Part shown: in pieces, positions 1 to 13,424 of the stretch
Position numbering within the stretch: the stretch's first letter is position 1
Layout of the letters: every line of letters starts with the position of its first letter
Assembly (NCBI GenBank): GCA_010909165.1
Contig: MU008224.1
Span: forward strand, 113,098-177,097
Direction of reading: 5' to 3'
Source: Anthoceros angustus
Taxonomy: Eukaryota > Plantae > Anthocerotophyta
DNA: 64,000 bases
Program-made: the position numbers and the translations under genes
The notes under the pieces: generated by a model
Database searches by the model: none
Told to the model about the DNA's origin: nothing
What the model saw: only the letters and a program-made list of their open reading frames with translations

Positions 1-70
1 GAAAGTTGGGGTTTCGGAGGACGCCAAGGTGTAAGGGCTTCAGGAGGAGAGCAAGGACAAGGACCTTGGT

Positions 71-1240
71 GTGGAGAGCAGGAGCAAATCGCTGAGCAGG
101 AGAAACGCCTGCAGGGGTAGGAGGCTGGCAAGTGCTGCAGAAATTGCAGGAGAAGCATCTCTTTTCTTCAATTTCGTGCAAGTACTAACCAAGGAGGCCA
201 TGACTAAGCCTACCATGACCAAGGGCAAGGAGGTGGCTGCCAAGGATGGGGCGTCCACCAAGGGAGGTGGCGCAGGAGAGGAAAAGAAGTCTAAGGCAGG
301 AGGTGCAGACTCCGGAAAGTGGAAATTTGACATGCCACTATTTACGTGCTATGCAGGCCAATTGTCCTCCAGGGACCTTTCATACTTTTGGCCTTGGGCA
401 GCAGAAGAAAACATCCAGCTAGAGTGGGTGTATGGGAGGCATTGGTCTTACACCAACCTTGAGTTGATTGAGGAATGTTTTGCTAACTTGCAACAGACGG
501 AAGAGGAATTGGCTGCCTTGCCGGATGGGAATGCACGGACGGATCCGCGATGGTGGATCGTCAGGAGCATACGACAAGTATATGGCAGGCCAGACAGCGA
601 GGATAGCGGGATCACATTGATGGAAGGAACGAGTGGAGGCAAGCGTGCATCAATAGCGGACCTTCCCAAGGGAGCCCTCACACTCATGCAGGGGAGGATG
701 AAGGCTAAAACCAAGAACGGTTGGCGGACGGACCAGATATTGGAGCCCAAGTGGAGATTGTTCACAAAGATTATTTTGGGCTTGGTAAGCAATCCGAGAG
801 TGTCGTACTTCAGCACCACCTTCCTCCATTTTTTGTGGAAGATTACTCAAGGAGCGAAGCTGGATTGGGGACTAATCATGTATGAAGCTTACATCTACCA
901 CCGGGAGAAGTTGCTGAAGCCCAACGCGTCGGATGAAGATAGTCCACGGCCATGCTATCTTAGCACCTGTCTAGTACATCTTTGGGAAGTAGAGGGGCTG
1001 CTTACAAGTAAGGAGTTGGATGATTCCAAGCACCCCTTTAACGTTGTACATCTACAGCCAGGGAAGGGACATGGATTGCTTGGCGCGTTGCAGATGAAGG
1101 AGGTACCGGCAGCACCACCTGGGACATTGTTGCTGGAAGGAATCCCTCCAAAAGATAGGCCAGAGGATGCGCAAGAGGACCTGCAAGGAGAAGTTGTAGG
1201 GGGATTTGAAGTTTGGACATTGTACATCTTCCAACAATAA
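71..1240 (+). CDS. Transposable-element accessory protein of unknown function (first ATG at 200)
   Basis: Intronless 389-codon ORF with a K/G-rich N-terminus and the motif FLHFLWKITQGAKLDWGLIMYE...PRPCYLSTCLVHLW. Close copies lie at 1245-2313 (-) and 3578-3860 (-), and a divergent homolog at 13692-14576. Confidence 0.55.
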   Translation: MESRSKSLSRRNACRGRRLASAAEIAGEASLFFNFVQVLTKEAMTKPTMTKGKEVAAKDGASTKGGGAGEEKKSKAGGADSGKWKFDMPLFTCYAGQLSSRDLSYFWPWAAEENIQLEWVYGRHWSYTNLELIEECFANLQQTEEELAALPDGNARTDPRWWIVRSIRQVYGRPDSEDSGITLMEGTSGGKRASIADLPKGALTLMQGRMKAKTKNGWRTDQILEPKWRLFTKIILGLVSNPRVSYFSTTFLHFLWKITQGAKLDWGLIMYEAYIYHREKLLKPNASDEDSPRPCYLSTCLVHLWEVEGLLTSKELDDSKHPFNVVHLQPGKGHGLLGALQMKEVPAAPPGTLLLEGIPPKDRPEDAQEDLQGEVVGGFEVWTLYIFQQ

Positions 1241-1244
1241 TGTG

Positions 1245-2313
1245 TGGCTGTAGATGTACAATGTTGAAGGGGTGCTTGGAATCATCCAATTCCTTGCTTG
1301 TGAGCAGCCCCTCTACTTCCCATAGGTGTACCTGATAAGTGCTGAGATAGCACGGCCGCAGACTCCCTTCATCTGATGCGTTAGGCTTCAGCAGCTTCTC
1401 CCGGTGGTAGGTGTAAGCTTCACATGATTAATCCCCAATCCGGCTTTGCTCTGAGTTATCTTCCACAAAAAATGCAGGAAGGTGGTGCTGAAGTATGATA
1501 CCCTCTGATTGCTTACCAAGCCTAAGAGAATCTTCGTGAACAATCTCCACTTGGACTCCATTTGGTCCGTCCGCCAATCATTCTTGGTCTTGACCTTCAT
1601 TCCCCCCTGCATGAGTGTGAGGGCTCCCTTGGGAAGGTCTGCTGTTGATGCTCGTTTTCCTCCACTCGTCTCTTCCATCAAGGTGATCCCACTATCCTCA
1701 TGCACGCCATGCTATCTTAGCACTCTAGTGGATGTTCTCCTTCATCCGATCGTGGATCCGTCCGTGCGTTCGTGTTCGGCAAGACAGTCAATTCTTCCCC
1801 ATTTGTTGCAGGTTAGCAAAACATTCTTCAATTAATTCAAGGTTGGTGTAAGACCAGTACCTCCCATACACCCACTCTAGCTGGATGTTCTCCCTTCGCC
1901 AATGCCTAAAGTCCAAGGTCTGGAGGATGAAGGAGGTACCGCAGCACCACAGGACATTGTACATCTTCCAACAATAATGTGTGGCATGTCAAATTTCCAC
2001 TTCCCGAGTCTGCACCTCCTGCCTTAGACTTTAATTCGTCCCTGCGCCACCTCCCTTGGTGGACGCCCCATCCTTGGTAGCCACCTCCTTGCCCTTGGTC
2101 GTGGTAGGTTTAGTCATGGCTTCCTTGGTGAGCTCCTGCACGAAATTGAGGAAAAGGTGTGCTTCGCCTGCAATTCCTACATCACCTGCCAGTTTCCTAC
2201 CCCAGTAGGCGTTTTTCCTTCTCAACGATTTGCTCCTGCTCACCACGCCTAGGACCTTGTCCTTGCTCTCAACCACTTGGCCCTTACATCTTGGCGTCTT
2301 CAAACCCCAACTT
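1245..2313 (-). pseudogene. Degenerate inverted copy of the 1-1060 region
   Basis: The reverse complement matches 1-1060 (ORF 1388..1705 repeats EDSGITLME..GGKRAS.ADLPKGALTLMQG) with substitutions and indels. A TATA-like CTATAAAAG lies upstream on the minus strand at ~2712-2720. Confidence 0.85.
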
Positions 2314-3382
2314 CTCCTGTTGTGAGTTGCAAGAGAAAGCTCACAACAATTGCACAACAGACTCTTATACTTGCCACAGCAATTTGGGAGCTCTCCTCTC
2401 GCGATTTCCTTGCAATCCTGCCATGCTCCACCCTCCTGGGCACCCTCACGAGCTTGGCAAGTGTTGGGTTGCGCCCCAACCTTCTTCTCCCTTCTCCTCT
2501 TCTCTTTTTCTTCTGCACTTCCCCTTGGCACCTGGCGGATTTCCGCCTCCTTGTTGAGCTCACGCCCTCCTTCTCCTTCTCAACACGGGCATGTGTACGG
2601 TGCGATGCTGTGTAGGAGCCTTAAGAAGCTCGCGATGTGGCGGCGCCTTCCTGCAGTGAGGCCGTCTCCTTGAGTTTCTGAGATGTGGCCTTCTGCAGAC
2701 ACCTGCAGCCACTTTTATAGATCACCCAAGGTTAGAAAAAGTAACTACCATTCTATCCTACCCTTGGATTTGTGCCACGTGGCACCTATCCCAACATAGA
2801 TGTTAGTTTCCTAATTCCCTTATACTAAAATACCATTTCCCCTATTTTCCTAATTTCTATTTACTGAAATTAGCCTCTAATTTCCTAATTACCTATTTTG
2901 GCCTATTTATCTAGTCCACTAAAAGACCCTATATATAGCAAGCCTATCTTGCCTAAGACATAGGCTACCTTCCTTAGCAATCTCACTTGCTTTGGACCTG
3001 TTTCAAAACAAACTCACTTAAGCTAGTTGCCCAAACTTTTGCCTTCCACATATTGTCTCGAGTATTCCCCTTGCTTTATATAGTTGCCCATGCCCTGTAT
3101 GAATCATGGTGCAGGTGGACACTTTCGTCGCCAATGGATTCCAATGCAGCAGATTGCTAAATACCATCAAGCATTTCCTTTCTCACAGGAGCAAATGTAT
3201 GCTGTAACGAAGTACTTAATTTACTTCCAGTCTACTCACATGAAGCAAAACGCAAGTTCTGCCTAGTACAAGGTCAAAGCTAGTGACTACCTTCCTCCAT
3301 TGCTCTGGCGAATAGTTGTGGTGCGCATACCCTAGACTGGGATGCATGTCTGGGGTTGAATTTTTCTTGTACACTGGGTTGA

Positions 3383-3502
3383 CACATACATACATACATA
3401 TATACATACATACATACATACATACATACATACATACATACATACATACATACATACATACATACATACATACATACATACATACATACATACATACATA
3501 CA
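3383..3502. repeat. (TACA)n microsatellite
   Basis: Read directly from the sequence. Confidence 0.97.
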
Positions 3503-4888
3503 CATGGTATGTATGTATGTGATAAAGCATCACTTATCTTGCCATATGACATATTGCGTGGCTTCAATTTTGTTTTTGTCTGCACCTCCGCCTTAGACTT
3601 TTAATTCGTCCTGCGCCACCTCCCTTGGTGGACGCCCCATCCTTGGTAGCCACCTCCTTGCCCTTGGTCGTGGTAGGTTTAGTCATGGCTTCCTTGGTGA
3701 GCTCAGAAATTGAGGAAAAGGTGTGCACCGCAATTCCTACATCACCGCCCACCCGTGGCGTTTTCCTTCTCAACGATTTGCTCCTGCTCACCACGCCTAG
3801 GACCTTGTCCTTGCTCTCAACCACTTGGCCCTTACATCTTGGCGTCTTCAAACCCCAACTTCTCCTGTTGTGAGTTGCAAGAGAAAGCTCACAACAATTG
3901 CACAACAGACTCTTATACTTGCCACAGCAATTTGGGAGCTCTCCTCGCGATTTCCTTGCAATCCTGCCATGCTCCACCCTCCTGGGCACCCTCACGAGCT
4001 TGGCGCCCCAACCTTCTTCTCCTTCTCTTTTCTTCTGCACTTCCTTGGCACCGGATTTCCGCCTCCTTGTTGAGCCCACGCCCTCCTTCTCCTTCTCAAC
4101 ACGGGCGTGTGTATGGTGCGATGCTGTGTAGGGGCCTTAAGAAGCTCGCGATGTGGCGGCGCCTTCCTGCAGTGAGGCCATCTCCTTGAGTTTCTAAGAT
4201 GTGGCCTTCTGCAGACACCTGCAGCCACTTTTATAGATCACCCAAGGTTAGAAAAAGTAACTACCATTCTATCCTACCCTTGGATTTGTGCGACGTGGCA
4301 CCTTTCCCACCATTGATGTTAGTTTCCTAATTCCCTTCTACTAAAATATCATTTCCCCTATTTTCCTAATTTCTATTTACTGAAATTAGCCTCTAATTTC
4401 CTAATTACCTATTTTGGCCTATTTATCTAGTCCACTAAAAGACCCTATATATAGCAAGCCTATCTTGCCTAAGACATAGGCTACCTTCCTTAGCAATCTC
4501 ACTTGCTTTGGACCTGTTTCAAAACAAACTCACTTAAGCTAGTTGCCCAAACTTTTGCCTTCCACATATTGTCTCGAGTATTCCCCTTGCTTTATATAGT
4601 TGCCCATGCCCTGTATGAATCATGGTGCAGGTGGACACTTTCGTCGCCAATGGATTCCAATCGTGATTGCTAAATACCATCAAGCATTTCCTTTCTCACA
4701 GGAGCAAATGTATCTAAGCACTTAATTTACTTCCAGTCTACTCACATGAAGCAAAACGCAAGTTCTGCCTAGTACAAGGTCAAAGCTAGTGACTACCTTC
4801 CTCCATTGCTCTGGCGAATAGTTGTGGTGCGCATACCCTAGACTGGGATGCATGTCTGGGGTTGAATTTTTCTTGTACACTGGGTTGA

Positions 4889-5005
4889 CACATACATACA
4901 TACATATATACATACATACATACATACATACATACATACATACATACATACATACATACATACATACATACATACATACATACATACATACATACATACA
5001 TACAC
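4889..5005. repeat. (TACA)n microsatellite (duplicate of 3383-3502)
   Basis: Read directly from the sequence. Confidence 0.97.
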
Positions 5006-6171
5006 ATGGTATGTATGTATGTGATAAAGCATCACTTATCTTGCCAGCCAACCAGCATATTGCGTGGCTTCAATTTTTTGTTTTCTGATACCGTGCACTG
5101 ACGGGTTCTTAGATATTGGGCGGATGTTGACTTACCTTGCTGCCATGTTGCAGCCAATAAAAAGCCTCATGTCCTGTTATGCATTCTCTTTGCAACACCT
5201 AGTTCTTGGGATCTGCACCTTCATGATAGCTCATCTTAATTTTTGCTCTCCTTATACCCACAGCAGCTTAGTAGCCCTCCAGTCTAATCTAGCATTCTTG
5301 CCGGCTCCCTCTCCTCCTGATCCCTCAGCCTGATCCGGACCCCTAGCTTGGGACTCTTTGTTACTTTGGTGTTCTTAGGAAGATTGCCAACTTGGTGGCC
5401 TACATGGCTCAGCAAGTGAGTTTGCTCACCATTCAGACCTTCGCAATTTTTCTGTGCGGCTGATCTGCTGGTTGCTCATGTGCTCTTGTTCCAATTTGTT
5501 GTGCTGGATTTTTCCTTTGCTGGCAAGTACTTGCTTGCTGAGCGCTGGTTTTCCTTTGATTGCAACTAGTAATGTGTCTGCAAATACGGTGTGTAGTAGG
5601 GTTTGGTTTTCACTGCTGCTCAGGTGCCATGGATCCACCATTCCGGCCAGAAATCCATGCCAAGGAGGTCCCTTTTTGGAGCTGATGAAGGGGGGACGAA
5701 GGAGTTGCCCCACCAGCAGCTGGCCTTGCGTTTTTATAGCAGTCTAGGACGTCTACAGGCTTGGTGTGCTTGGGATGTTCCTGGAGTTTCCTTGCTGCTG
5801 ATTTTTTGTCTCATCACATGAGGTCTGTAGGTCATGGTGTGAGTTTCATGTTTCTTAAACAGCATGATTGTGTACACTCCACACTTGCTTTGGATGATGG
5901 CATTTGTGGTATAATGTTCCGTGGATGAACTCATGCTCTATACATACAGCGTGCTCTTTTGCAGGCTTTTTTGGTGACTTCCAAAGATAGTGGTTGCCAT
6001 CCTAGCTAGCTACTTGCTGGTCTTTATCCTGTTGATTTCACATACAATGTGTTTCATTTGCCCATCCACGATCCGTTGCAACTAATAACCCCTAATCTCG
6101 GGCACCATAAAAAATTTGAGCTGATTCCAGCGAGTCATGCAAGTCCTCAAAGGAGGCAATTGGCAAGTTGG

Positions 6172-6852
6172 CTTATATATACATACATACATACATATAG
6201 TATATATACATACATATATATATATACATATATACATACATATTCATATATACCTCTATATATTTATATACATACATATAATATATATATACATACAAGA
6301 TACATACATATATACATACAAAATATATATATAGACATAGACATACATAAATATATATACACTATATATATATATATACATATATACATATATATATATA
6401 TATACATACATACACATATATACATATATATATATACATACATATACATACATACATATACACACATATATACACACACATATACATATATATATATACA
6501 TACATATATATACACACATATATATACATACATACACATACATATATATATATACATACATATATATATATATATACATATATACACATACGCACACATA
6601 CATATACATACACATACATACACATACATACACACACATACACAATGGCACACACAGAGACAGAGGGCGCACACACAAGCTCTAGTTCACTCCCCCTTAC
6701 TTTTAGACACACATACACATACATACATCTATACATACACACATACATCCATACATACACATACATACATCCAGATATACATATATCCATACATATATAC
6801 ATATATACATATATATATATATATACACATATAAATATATACATAAATAAAT
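6172..6852. repeat. Compound TA/CA/TACA low-complexity tract
   Basis: Read directly; it accounts for the spurious Y/I/H/T ORFs here. Confidence 0.95.
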
Positions 6853-8015
6853 AAAAAATTTAGACAGTAAAGAGGAACGAAAGACTTTTCAACTGCCCAG
6901 GCTTGAACTTCAGACAGGACCTTTGAAAAGGGGATTCAAGAAGCCGCACGCATGCTATCTCTGACTGGAAAAAAAAACCGGCATAAGCACTACCGATCCC
7001 TCGGCTGACTGGCACGAAATCCTCAATTATCCTTCGTAGACAGATTTCAGCCTTTCAAGTGGCTTTGCACGGGTAACAAAGGAAATCCTCCACTAGGTGA
7101 GGCTCTTGCAGGAAAACTTTGGTTTATCTGCAATATCAGAAACATGAAAACTTCGTGTTCAGCAGAGAACACAACCTCCCCGAAATGGAAACTTGGCTAC
7201 ACAAGGACGAACCCCGTGATCTATGTGCATGGAGAAAACAATGCCACCAAGCATTACCTCTGCTCGAGTACCTTTCTAGCATCTCTTGGCTTACTCTTTC
7301 GAGAAGTGCAGTGCTGCCTCACACGATACACATGTAGCAGTTCCTCACAAAGCTCCTCGGAGCTTCGTTGATCCGCTGCACAATTGGGAGACTCATTCTG
7401 GTTACAAGGCTCTGCCAATTTGGACGTCTAACTCACAGCTTGTCAATCCATCGGAGATGCGTCTAATACGATCGCTGGTCAACATAGGGTTGAGAATTCC
7501 AATACAAGAACAAAGAACAAGCACAGGAAGACATCCAGATAACGCATACACAGGCACATTTCTCTATCCAAGAAAAACGGTGTTCAGTGTCAGGGTTAGA
7601 CTTCATTACATGAATATCATACAGCACAGGTTTCACTGAGCAGAAAAACGTCTGTGGAACTATCTGAAGGACTACAACGTGCTTCATCAGAGCTGCACCC
7701 ACCATTTTCCAAACCTCTAAGAGGCACATCCTACAACATGGGAAGCACTCTTCTCGGACAACTGTTTCAGTACCTGAGGAACCTGGATTTAAATGCGACT
7801 GCATAGGATTGTGTAGCACTAAGCCAGCTCAGATCTGGTAAAATTGTCGAAGAAATATAGCCGCTTCTCTCACAAAGATGTAATCAGCACCCTTCCGTGG
7901 ATCTCTCAACCATAGAAAGATTGTAACACCTACCCAGAGCCACCACAACCCGTAGCAAAATGGATGGATCTCTATCCGGCTGTGCAAGAGAGTTCGTGGT
8001 CGAAAATATAAGAAA

Positions 8016-8897
8016 TTATTGCCAGTCTTCGACACCTATTTTCATGTGCAGGTGCTTTTCCCGTTTTTGAAACTCAGTGATTCCCTTGCCGCTACCAGTC
8101 ACTCCGACCTTGCCCTTGGGGTCATCCGGGGACTTGAATATGCTCTCCCTCTTTCTGCCCGTGAAAAAACCAATCTTCTTAGACTTGCCTTTAGCAGTTT
8201 GAAACTGATGCCAAGCATTCTGGCGCTTATTCTGCGTTAACTCCATCTGCTCTATCCTCTGCTTGGACTTGAAAGCATGAATCTTCTTCCTCTTGGCAGC
8301 CTTCACCTCCTCAGAATCCTCGGGCAGAACGCGCAATTTAGGAGGCAAGTCCCTGGGCATAATCTCCATATCAGCAGCGTGAGCGATTTTGCGCTTGATG
8401 GCTTGCCGGGTGGCCTCCGCTTCTCTTTCAGCGTCCACCAAAGTATCGGTTTCGCCATTGCCCTCATCTTCCGCCACTTTCAACTCCCTCACTTGGGAGG
8501 CATCCACTTCCTCGCTGTTGCCCCATACATCATACAACACCCTGTAGCCACTCTCCGTCACCGCCTCCACAGTGGCGTTGTACCACTCGCCGTCCTCGCT
8601 CCACCGTGCCTGCACCTTCTCCCCTGGCGATAGCACCTTCTGCAACGCACCGCCTGCGTAGCGCTGGTGAGAGCCCGGCACTTCCTCGTCGGGCCCCTCC
8701 CCGCCTTGCCGGGTGGAGGAATGAAGTAAATCCCGCGTGAGCTCTATCATCTCCTCCAGCTCCTTGGCCATTTCCTTGTACTCGCCATTTTCAGGATCCT
8801 CGTGGAGGATCTCTTTCACTTGGTCCAGCTGCGCTTGGAACGTGTCCAGATTGGCCTGCAACTCCTCCACGCTTTGTAGCATTCCATCCCGACTCAT
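8016..8897 (-). CDS. SPF30: Survival of motor neuron-related splicing factor 30 (Tudor domain), intronless, 293 aa
   Basis: N-terminal coiled coil (ELQANLDTFQAQLDQV..L..DPEN.EY), Tudor domain (GEKVQARWSEDGEWYNATVE..YDVWGNSEEV), and C-terminal KRESIFKSPDDPKGKVGVTGSGK. ATG at 8897. Confidence 0.93.
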   Translation of the reverse strand: MSRDGMLQSVEELQANLDTFQAQLDQVKEILHEDPENGEYKEMAKELEEMIELTRDLLHSSTRQGGEGPDEEVPGSHQRYAGGALQKVLSPGEKVQARWSEDGEWYNATVEAVTESGYRVLYDVWGNSEEVDASQVRELKVAEDEGNGETDTLVDAEREAEATRQAIKRKIAHAADMEIMPRDLPPKLRVLPEDSEEVKAAKRKKIHAFKSKQRIEQMELTQNKRQNAWHQFQTAKGKSKKIGFFTGRKRESIFKSPDDPKGKVGVTGSGKGITEFQKREKHLHMKIGVEDWQ

Positions 8898-9269
8898 CTT
8901 CGCTACCCGCACAGAGGAGCCAACAGATTTGCACAGAGTCGACGAGATGGCTAGCACCCGGTGGACTGAGCCTAGGGTTCCGCCTTGCCAATGTCGAGGA
9001 CGAGGTATGGATCATGCATTTATAAGCACACACACATATGTACCGGGGCGAACTTTAATAAATTAATTCGGTAGGTGCATACTACCTGCATACCTGTATG
9101 AAGGAAAGTGGAGATAGAGTAAACCCATCATAGGGATATGTTTTATTGAGGGGAAAAATAATAGGTCTGCTCCATACCGCTTTGTATGTTTTGCTTTGGT
9201 ATATGACTCGATAAATTTATCAAATTAAAGTCTTTAGCCAACGCCCCATAAGTCTCCAAGGCCAGCGAG

Positions 9270-12260
9270 ATCAAGAGTGCATTCCCTTATACTTAGTAAC
9301 CTTGAAAGTCGACATTTTAGGAAAATGGTCCACAGCAAGGGGACTTGGCGCTGGTGCCTGGCGAAGCGGCCCAACGGCTGGATGGAAGCACGGCGCAGGA
9401 TGGTAGAAGCGCGGCAAGTGAGGTGGGCGCGGTCGTGGAGAATGCCGATTCCACTGAAGTGGAGAGGGTGGATGCTCATGGCGTGGAGCGGGAAGCGGCG
9501 AGAGAGGAGCAGGGTGCCGGAGGGGAGCAACTTCACACAGGAGCCCTCCTCTTCGGCAGCAGACTCCAAGTGGAGTAGGTGTCTCCAACAGGTGGGGAGC
9601 TAACACTACAGCTGTTTCCTGCAGGAGAGAATCCAAAGCTGTTAGAGGAGGGATCTGCCAGGGCCGTGACATCCGGAGGGAACGAGGAAATTGGCGTGAG
9701 TCCGGAGCAAGAGGACTTTGTCCAACTTGAGGAGCATGGTGGTGCTGCCCAAGAGGCCGACCGTGTGGCTGGGGAGAGAGATGGCATAGGTTTTGTGGAC
9801 CTTCTGATCGGTGGCAACGGACAACCCCCAACAACGTGGCAGGAGGGTGCCTGTGGAGGGGAGGAAACTCCTCCACTGGGAGTGGAGGCGGTCTCTTGGT
9901 GGGCCAGTTGCGGAGGAGGGCCAAGGCGCTATGATGGTGAGGAGGCGGTGAGGAGGAGGACACGGCGAGGCGAGGAGGCGGTGAGGAGGCGAGGCGAGAT
10001 GTGGAGATGGCGGATCTTTGAGGTGGAGGAAGACATGCCGACTACATTGCCACTACAGAATTGGTGTGGAGCACGGCGGGATGGTAGAAGCGCGGCAAGA
10101 GTGAGGTGGGCGCGGTCGTGGAGAATCTGGATTCCTTTGAAGTGGAGGGTGGATGCTCATGGCGTGGAGGCGGGAGGCGAGAGAGGAGGCGGTCTTGGGA
10201 GGAGCAACTTCACACAGGAGCCCTCCTCTCTTGGCGGACTCAAGTGGAGTAGGTGTCTCAGCAGGTGGGAGCTAACACTCGTTTCCTGGGAGAATCCAAG
10301 GCATTAGAGGAGGATCTGCCCGGGCGTGACATCCGGGAGGAGCGAGGAAATTGGCGTGAGTCTGGAGCAAGAGGACTTTGTCCAACTTGAGGGGCATGGT
10401 GGTGCTGCCCAAGAGGCCGACCGTGTGGCTGGCGAGGGAGATGGCATAGGTTTTGTGGACCTTCCGATCGGTGGCGGACAACCCCAACAACGTGGCGGGA
10501 GGTGCCTGTGGAGGAGGAAACTCCTCCAGGGAGTGGAGACTCTCAGTGGACGCTGCCAGTGAGGAGGGCCAAGGAGCCGCCTATGATGGTGAGGAGGCGG
10601 TGAGGAGGAGGACACGAGCGGGAGCGAGGATGGGGATAGCGCGGAGGCGATGTGGAGATGGCGGATGCCGAGGTGGAGGAAGACATGCCGACTACATTGC
10701 CACTACCAAATTGGAGAATTGAGAGCACACGGCGGTAAGCCATTAGGCGATGTCATAGCCGTGTTGTGTGCTACATGGGCGTGGTGGAGTGTACATGGTA
10801 TGAGCGGTTATGCGATGGAGGGTGGGTTGAGAATGAGGAGGCGGACAAAGAGTCGTCCGATGAGGAAGGACGGGTGAGGAAGGCCTTCCACCAAGGTGTG
10901 TTGGAGCTAGTGTGCGCAAAAATGGAGTTGATGATGCCATGGTCGAGCCACGGCATGTAGTGATCAGCGAGGAAGGTAGAGTATGAGTTCCCAAGTATAG
11001 ATCGCGAGGATATTGTGGCCAGGTTTGCAGGTGCATCGCGGACCAGGAACCACAATGTGGGCAAGAAGGGGCGGCAAGCTGCAATTCTGTGGAGGGAGAA
11101 GGGGAAGGATGCAAAATGGTTGCATCGCCTAATGTCAGCACGAAGGCATGGAGAAAGGCTGTGGAGCAAGCTGTGGTGACTTTGCAGAAGCATGGTGGTG
11201 TGTGGCCAACACCACAGCAAGCTGCGGCAACGTCGGCAAGACTTGCCAAGCATGAGCATGGGACCAATCCCTTTGGTCCCGTAGGAGCAAAGGAGTTCGA
11301 GAAACGGTATGTCCAACGCTGGGGAGGGAGCGCAACACTGGATAAGTTGAAGTGGGCGGCAAGGCATGGATTGGACAGCATGCCGGAGTACTGGAGTGGT
11401 AAAGTAGTCGTTGACGTTTTATGGAATGCTTGGCTGTGATATGTAGGTTTCGATATGTAGGACGTCACCTGTAAGTGATGTGTGTGCATGACTGCAGGGA
11501 AGAAGGGGAAGGGAAAGCTGGTGGAAGGTGAAGGCCAGGTCAGGAAGGAAGGCACAGAAACCTGGAGAGAAGGAAGATGGAGGAAAGGTGCCAAACAGGG
11601 GAGCGTCACCGTCAAGTGATGCCGGAGGCAACGTGGATGTGGGGATCCTGGAGGTGTGATGGCAGTGCCACCGACAAGGCGTATCACATGATCTGTGTCG
11701 AAAAGCGTGAGTAGGGTGGCAACCCGGATAATGAAGGATTGAATGCTATTCGTTTGCCGTCTGTAATTGTGGAAGTTGTGTTTTGGCAGCCTATGGGGCC
11801 GGGGTGAAGGGCTAGCCATGGAGGCGGTGGGTCGAATGCCCACGTAAGGTGGACCACACGGGAGGAAGCGAGGAGGTCTTGGCGAAGAGGGTCAAGCAAA
11901 AGACAGGTGTTGAAGCGCAAGAGGAGTCCGGGAAGCTGGCTAAGGGGTGTAGGCGTAGTGACATAGGAATGGTTGGTAGCAGTGTATGGGTAGGCGGGCC
12001 GTTTGTGGAGGGGGAATGTGAATGGTCAGAGGCGTTTTCTTGCGGACGATGGAGTCGCCAGTGCATGGGTGGACCGGTGATGGTCAATTAGCTACAAACA
12101 AAGGGAATTGGTCTTCCCACCTTTGTAGCCTAGCATTTACATGGGCCATCTGCCGTCAAACTGGTTATCGAGGTCGTTGGATAGGTCTAGGAAGATGTGG
12201 AGGAACCCTGAAAACAATGGTGTTGGTACATGAAGTGAGAGACCAAGCATTGTGTTAGGA
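9270..12260 (+). mobile_element. Degenerate GC/purine-rich TE ORF, possibly CACTA TnpA (Ptta/En/Spm-like)
   Basis: Broken frames with PNVSTKAW...HGTNPFGPVGAKEFEKRY, then a KLVEGEGQV...GSVTV-like segment. The motif resemblance is weak and no termini were found. Confidence 0.35.
9388..10705. repeat. ~680 bp tandem duplication (9388-~10040 and 10071-~10705)
   Basis: gcacggcg..gatggtagaagcgcggcaag and ..agacatgccgactacattgccactac each occur twice; the copies differ by many indels. Confidence 0.9.
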
Positions 12261-12439
12261 TGGTGGGAGAAGGTGGAGAAAGAATGGACCAACTTAACAC
12301 CAAGCCATCAAAACACCCAACCTAGACAAACCCTATACATAAAACATACTAACACTCCCTTCAAGCCATATAATCACTTTTATGAGCCCTTACAAACATA
12401 ACGTCACGAATGGCATCATGTCACGAATGGCATCATAGG

Positions 12440-13424
12440 TGATGAAATAGATCACTATTAGGGCACTCTTCACTAGGGCACCTAGAACTTAATAATTGAT
12501 TTATTTGGCTAGGGCATTAAGTAGTTTAAGTAGTTTTCTTTAGTTGGTTACTTAAGTGGTTATTTGTTACAACCACTAGGTGGTTACATTTAGCCTTCTA
12601 TATAAAGCATATACTTTCTATCAAATGTAATGCAACATATTGCTAGAGCTCGTGTATGATTCTCATCATGGTATCAGAGCACACTTGCTGTTTGTTTGCT
12701 TGTGCATCCTCATGCATCTAAGTAGCTTATCTAGGAGACACTTTCTAATCTAGCATTTGCCTAGATGGATTGTGTTTATCCTGAAATTGCTATCTTTGCA
12801 TGCATTCTTTTTATGCTAACATTTCTCTTCTAACAATGCTTTTATGCACTGATTCTTTGTTCTCCCTCCATGGATTTGTGTTCCCTTAGAAGGAGGAGGC
12901 ATAGAGTTAAGAAGAGAGATAGTCCTACAAGACAACAAGAACAAATTAGGAGACCAACACATAGAAGCAATAGAAGACAACAAGCTACAGAGGGAGAGAT
13001 AGAAGAAACCTCCTCTCGTATAGCAAACTTTATTGCATCTATCTTAATCTCCAAACCAGATCAAGAGAAGTTTATCAAGCTAGCTAGACGTGGTTTACTA
13101 GGAGGTTTTAGCCCAATTCACGTCAAGGCATTAGAACTAGCTCTCCAACATATCCTAAACTTGAAAGCTGGTATTAGTACTCTTTTATCTTCTAGTCTGC
13201 AAGACAAAAATAGCATAGAAACTCTTAGATTTCAAGAAATTGATCATCAATTAGCAACTCTTAGAATCCAATCTTTTGATCTTAAGGGAGAATTATTTGA
13301 ATTAAGGAGAAAATTGTCTCTTCTCTCTAAGGTTGATACTGCGCAGAGATTCGAGAGCATGCTTTCATCATCCGACTCAGATTATGATGCAAGAGAAGAA
13401 TTTTGCGCATGCAATAGAGAAGAT
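12440..13424 (+). mobile_element. 5' fragment of a Copia-B-family LTR element: LTR 12440-12668, PBS 12669-12680, leader ORF
   Basis: LTR is TGATGA...TCATCA, followed by TGGTATCAGAGC (tRNA-iMet PBS). Homologous to the reverse complement of 29330-30293; homology ends at ~13424. Confidence 0.88.

Larger units (their letters stand above)
2008..5087. repeat. ~1.5 kb direct tandem duplication (units ~2008-3577 and ~3578-5087)
   Basis: Both units start gtctgcacctcc..ccttagacttt and end catattgcgtggcttcaattt. They are near-identical, and the second has many small deletions. Confidence 0.9.

Noticed and set aside
3216-6854. Long MYVC / IHTY / YI-repeat ORFs (also at 50704-51219)
   Set aside because: They are translations of TACA/TA microsatellites.
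6900-8010. Short ORFs and splice-like signals downstream of SPF30
   Set aside because: No recognisable protein; this could be UTR or intergenic sequence.
10743-11843. 366-aa minus-strand ORF
   Set aside because: A Pro/Ser/His-rich antisense shadow of a purine-rich TE ORF, with no domain signal.
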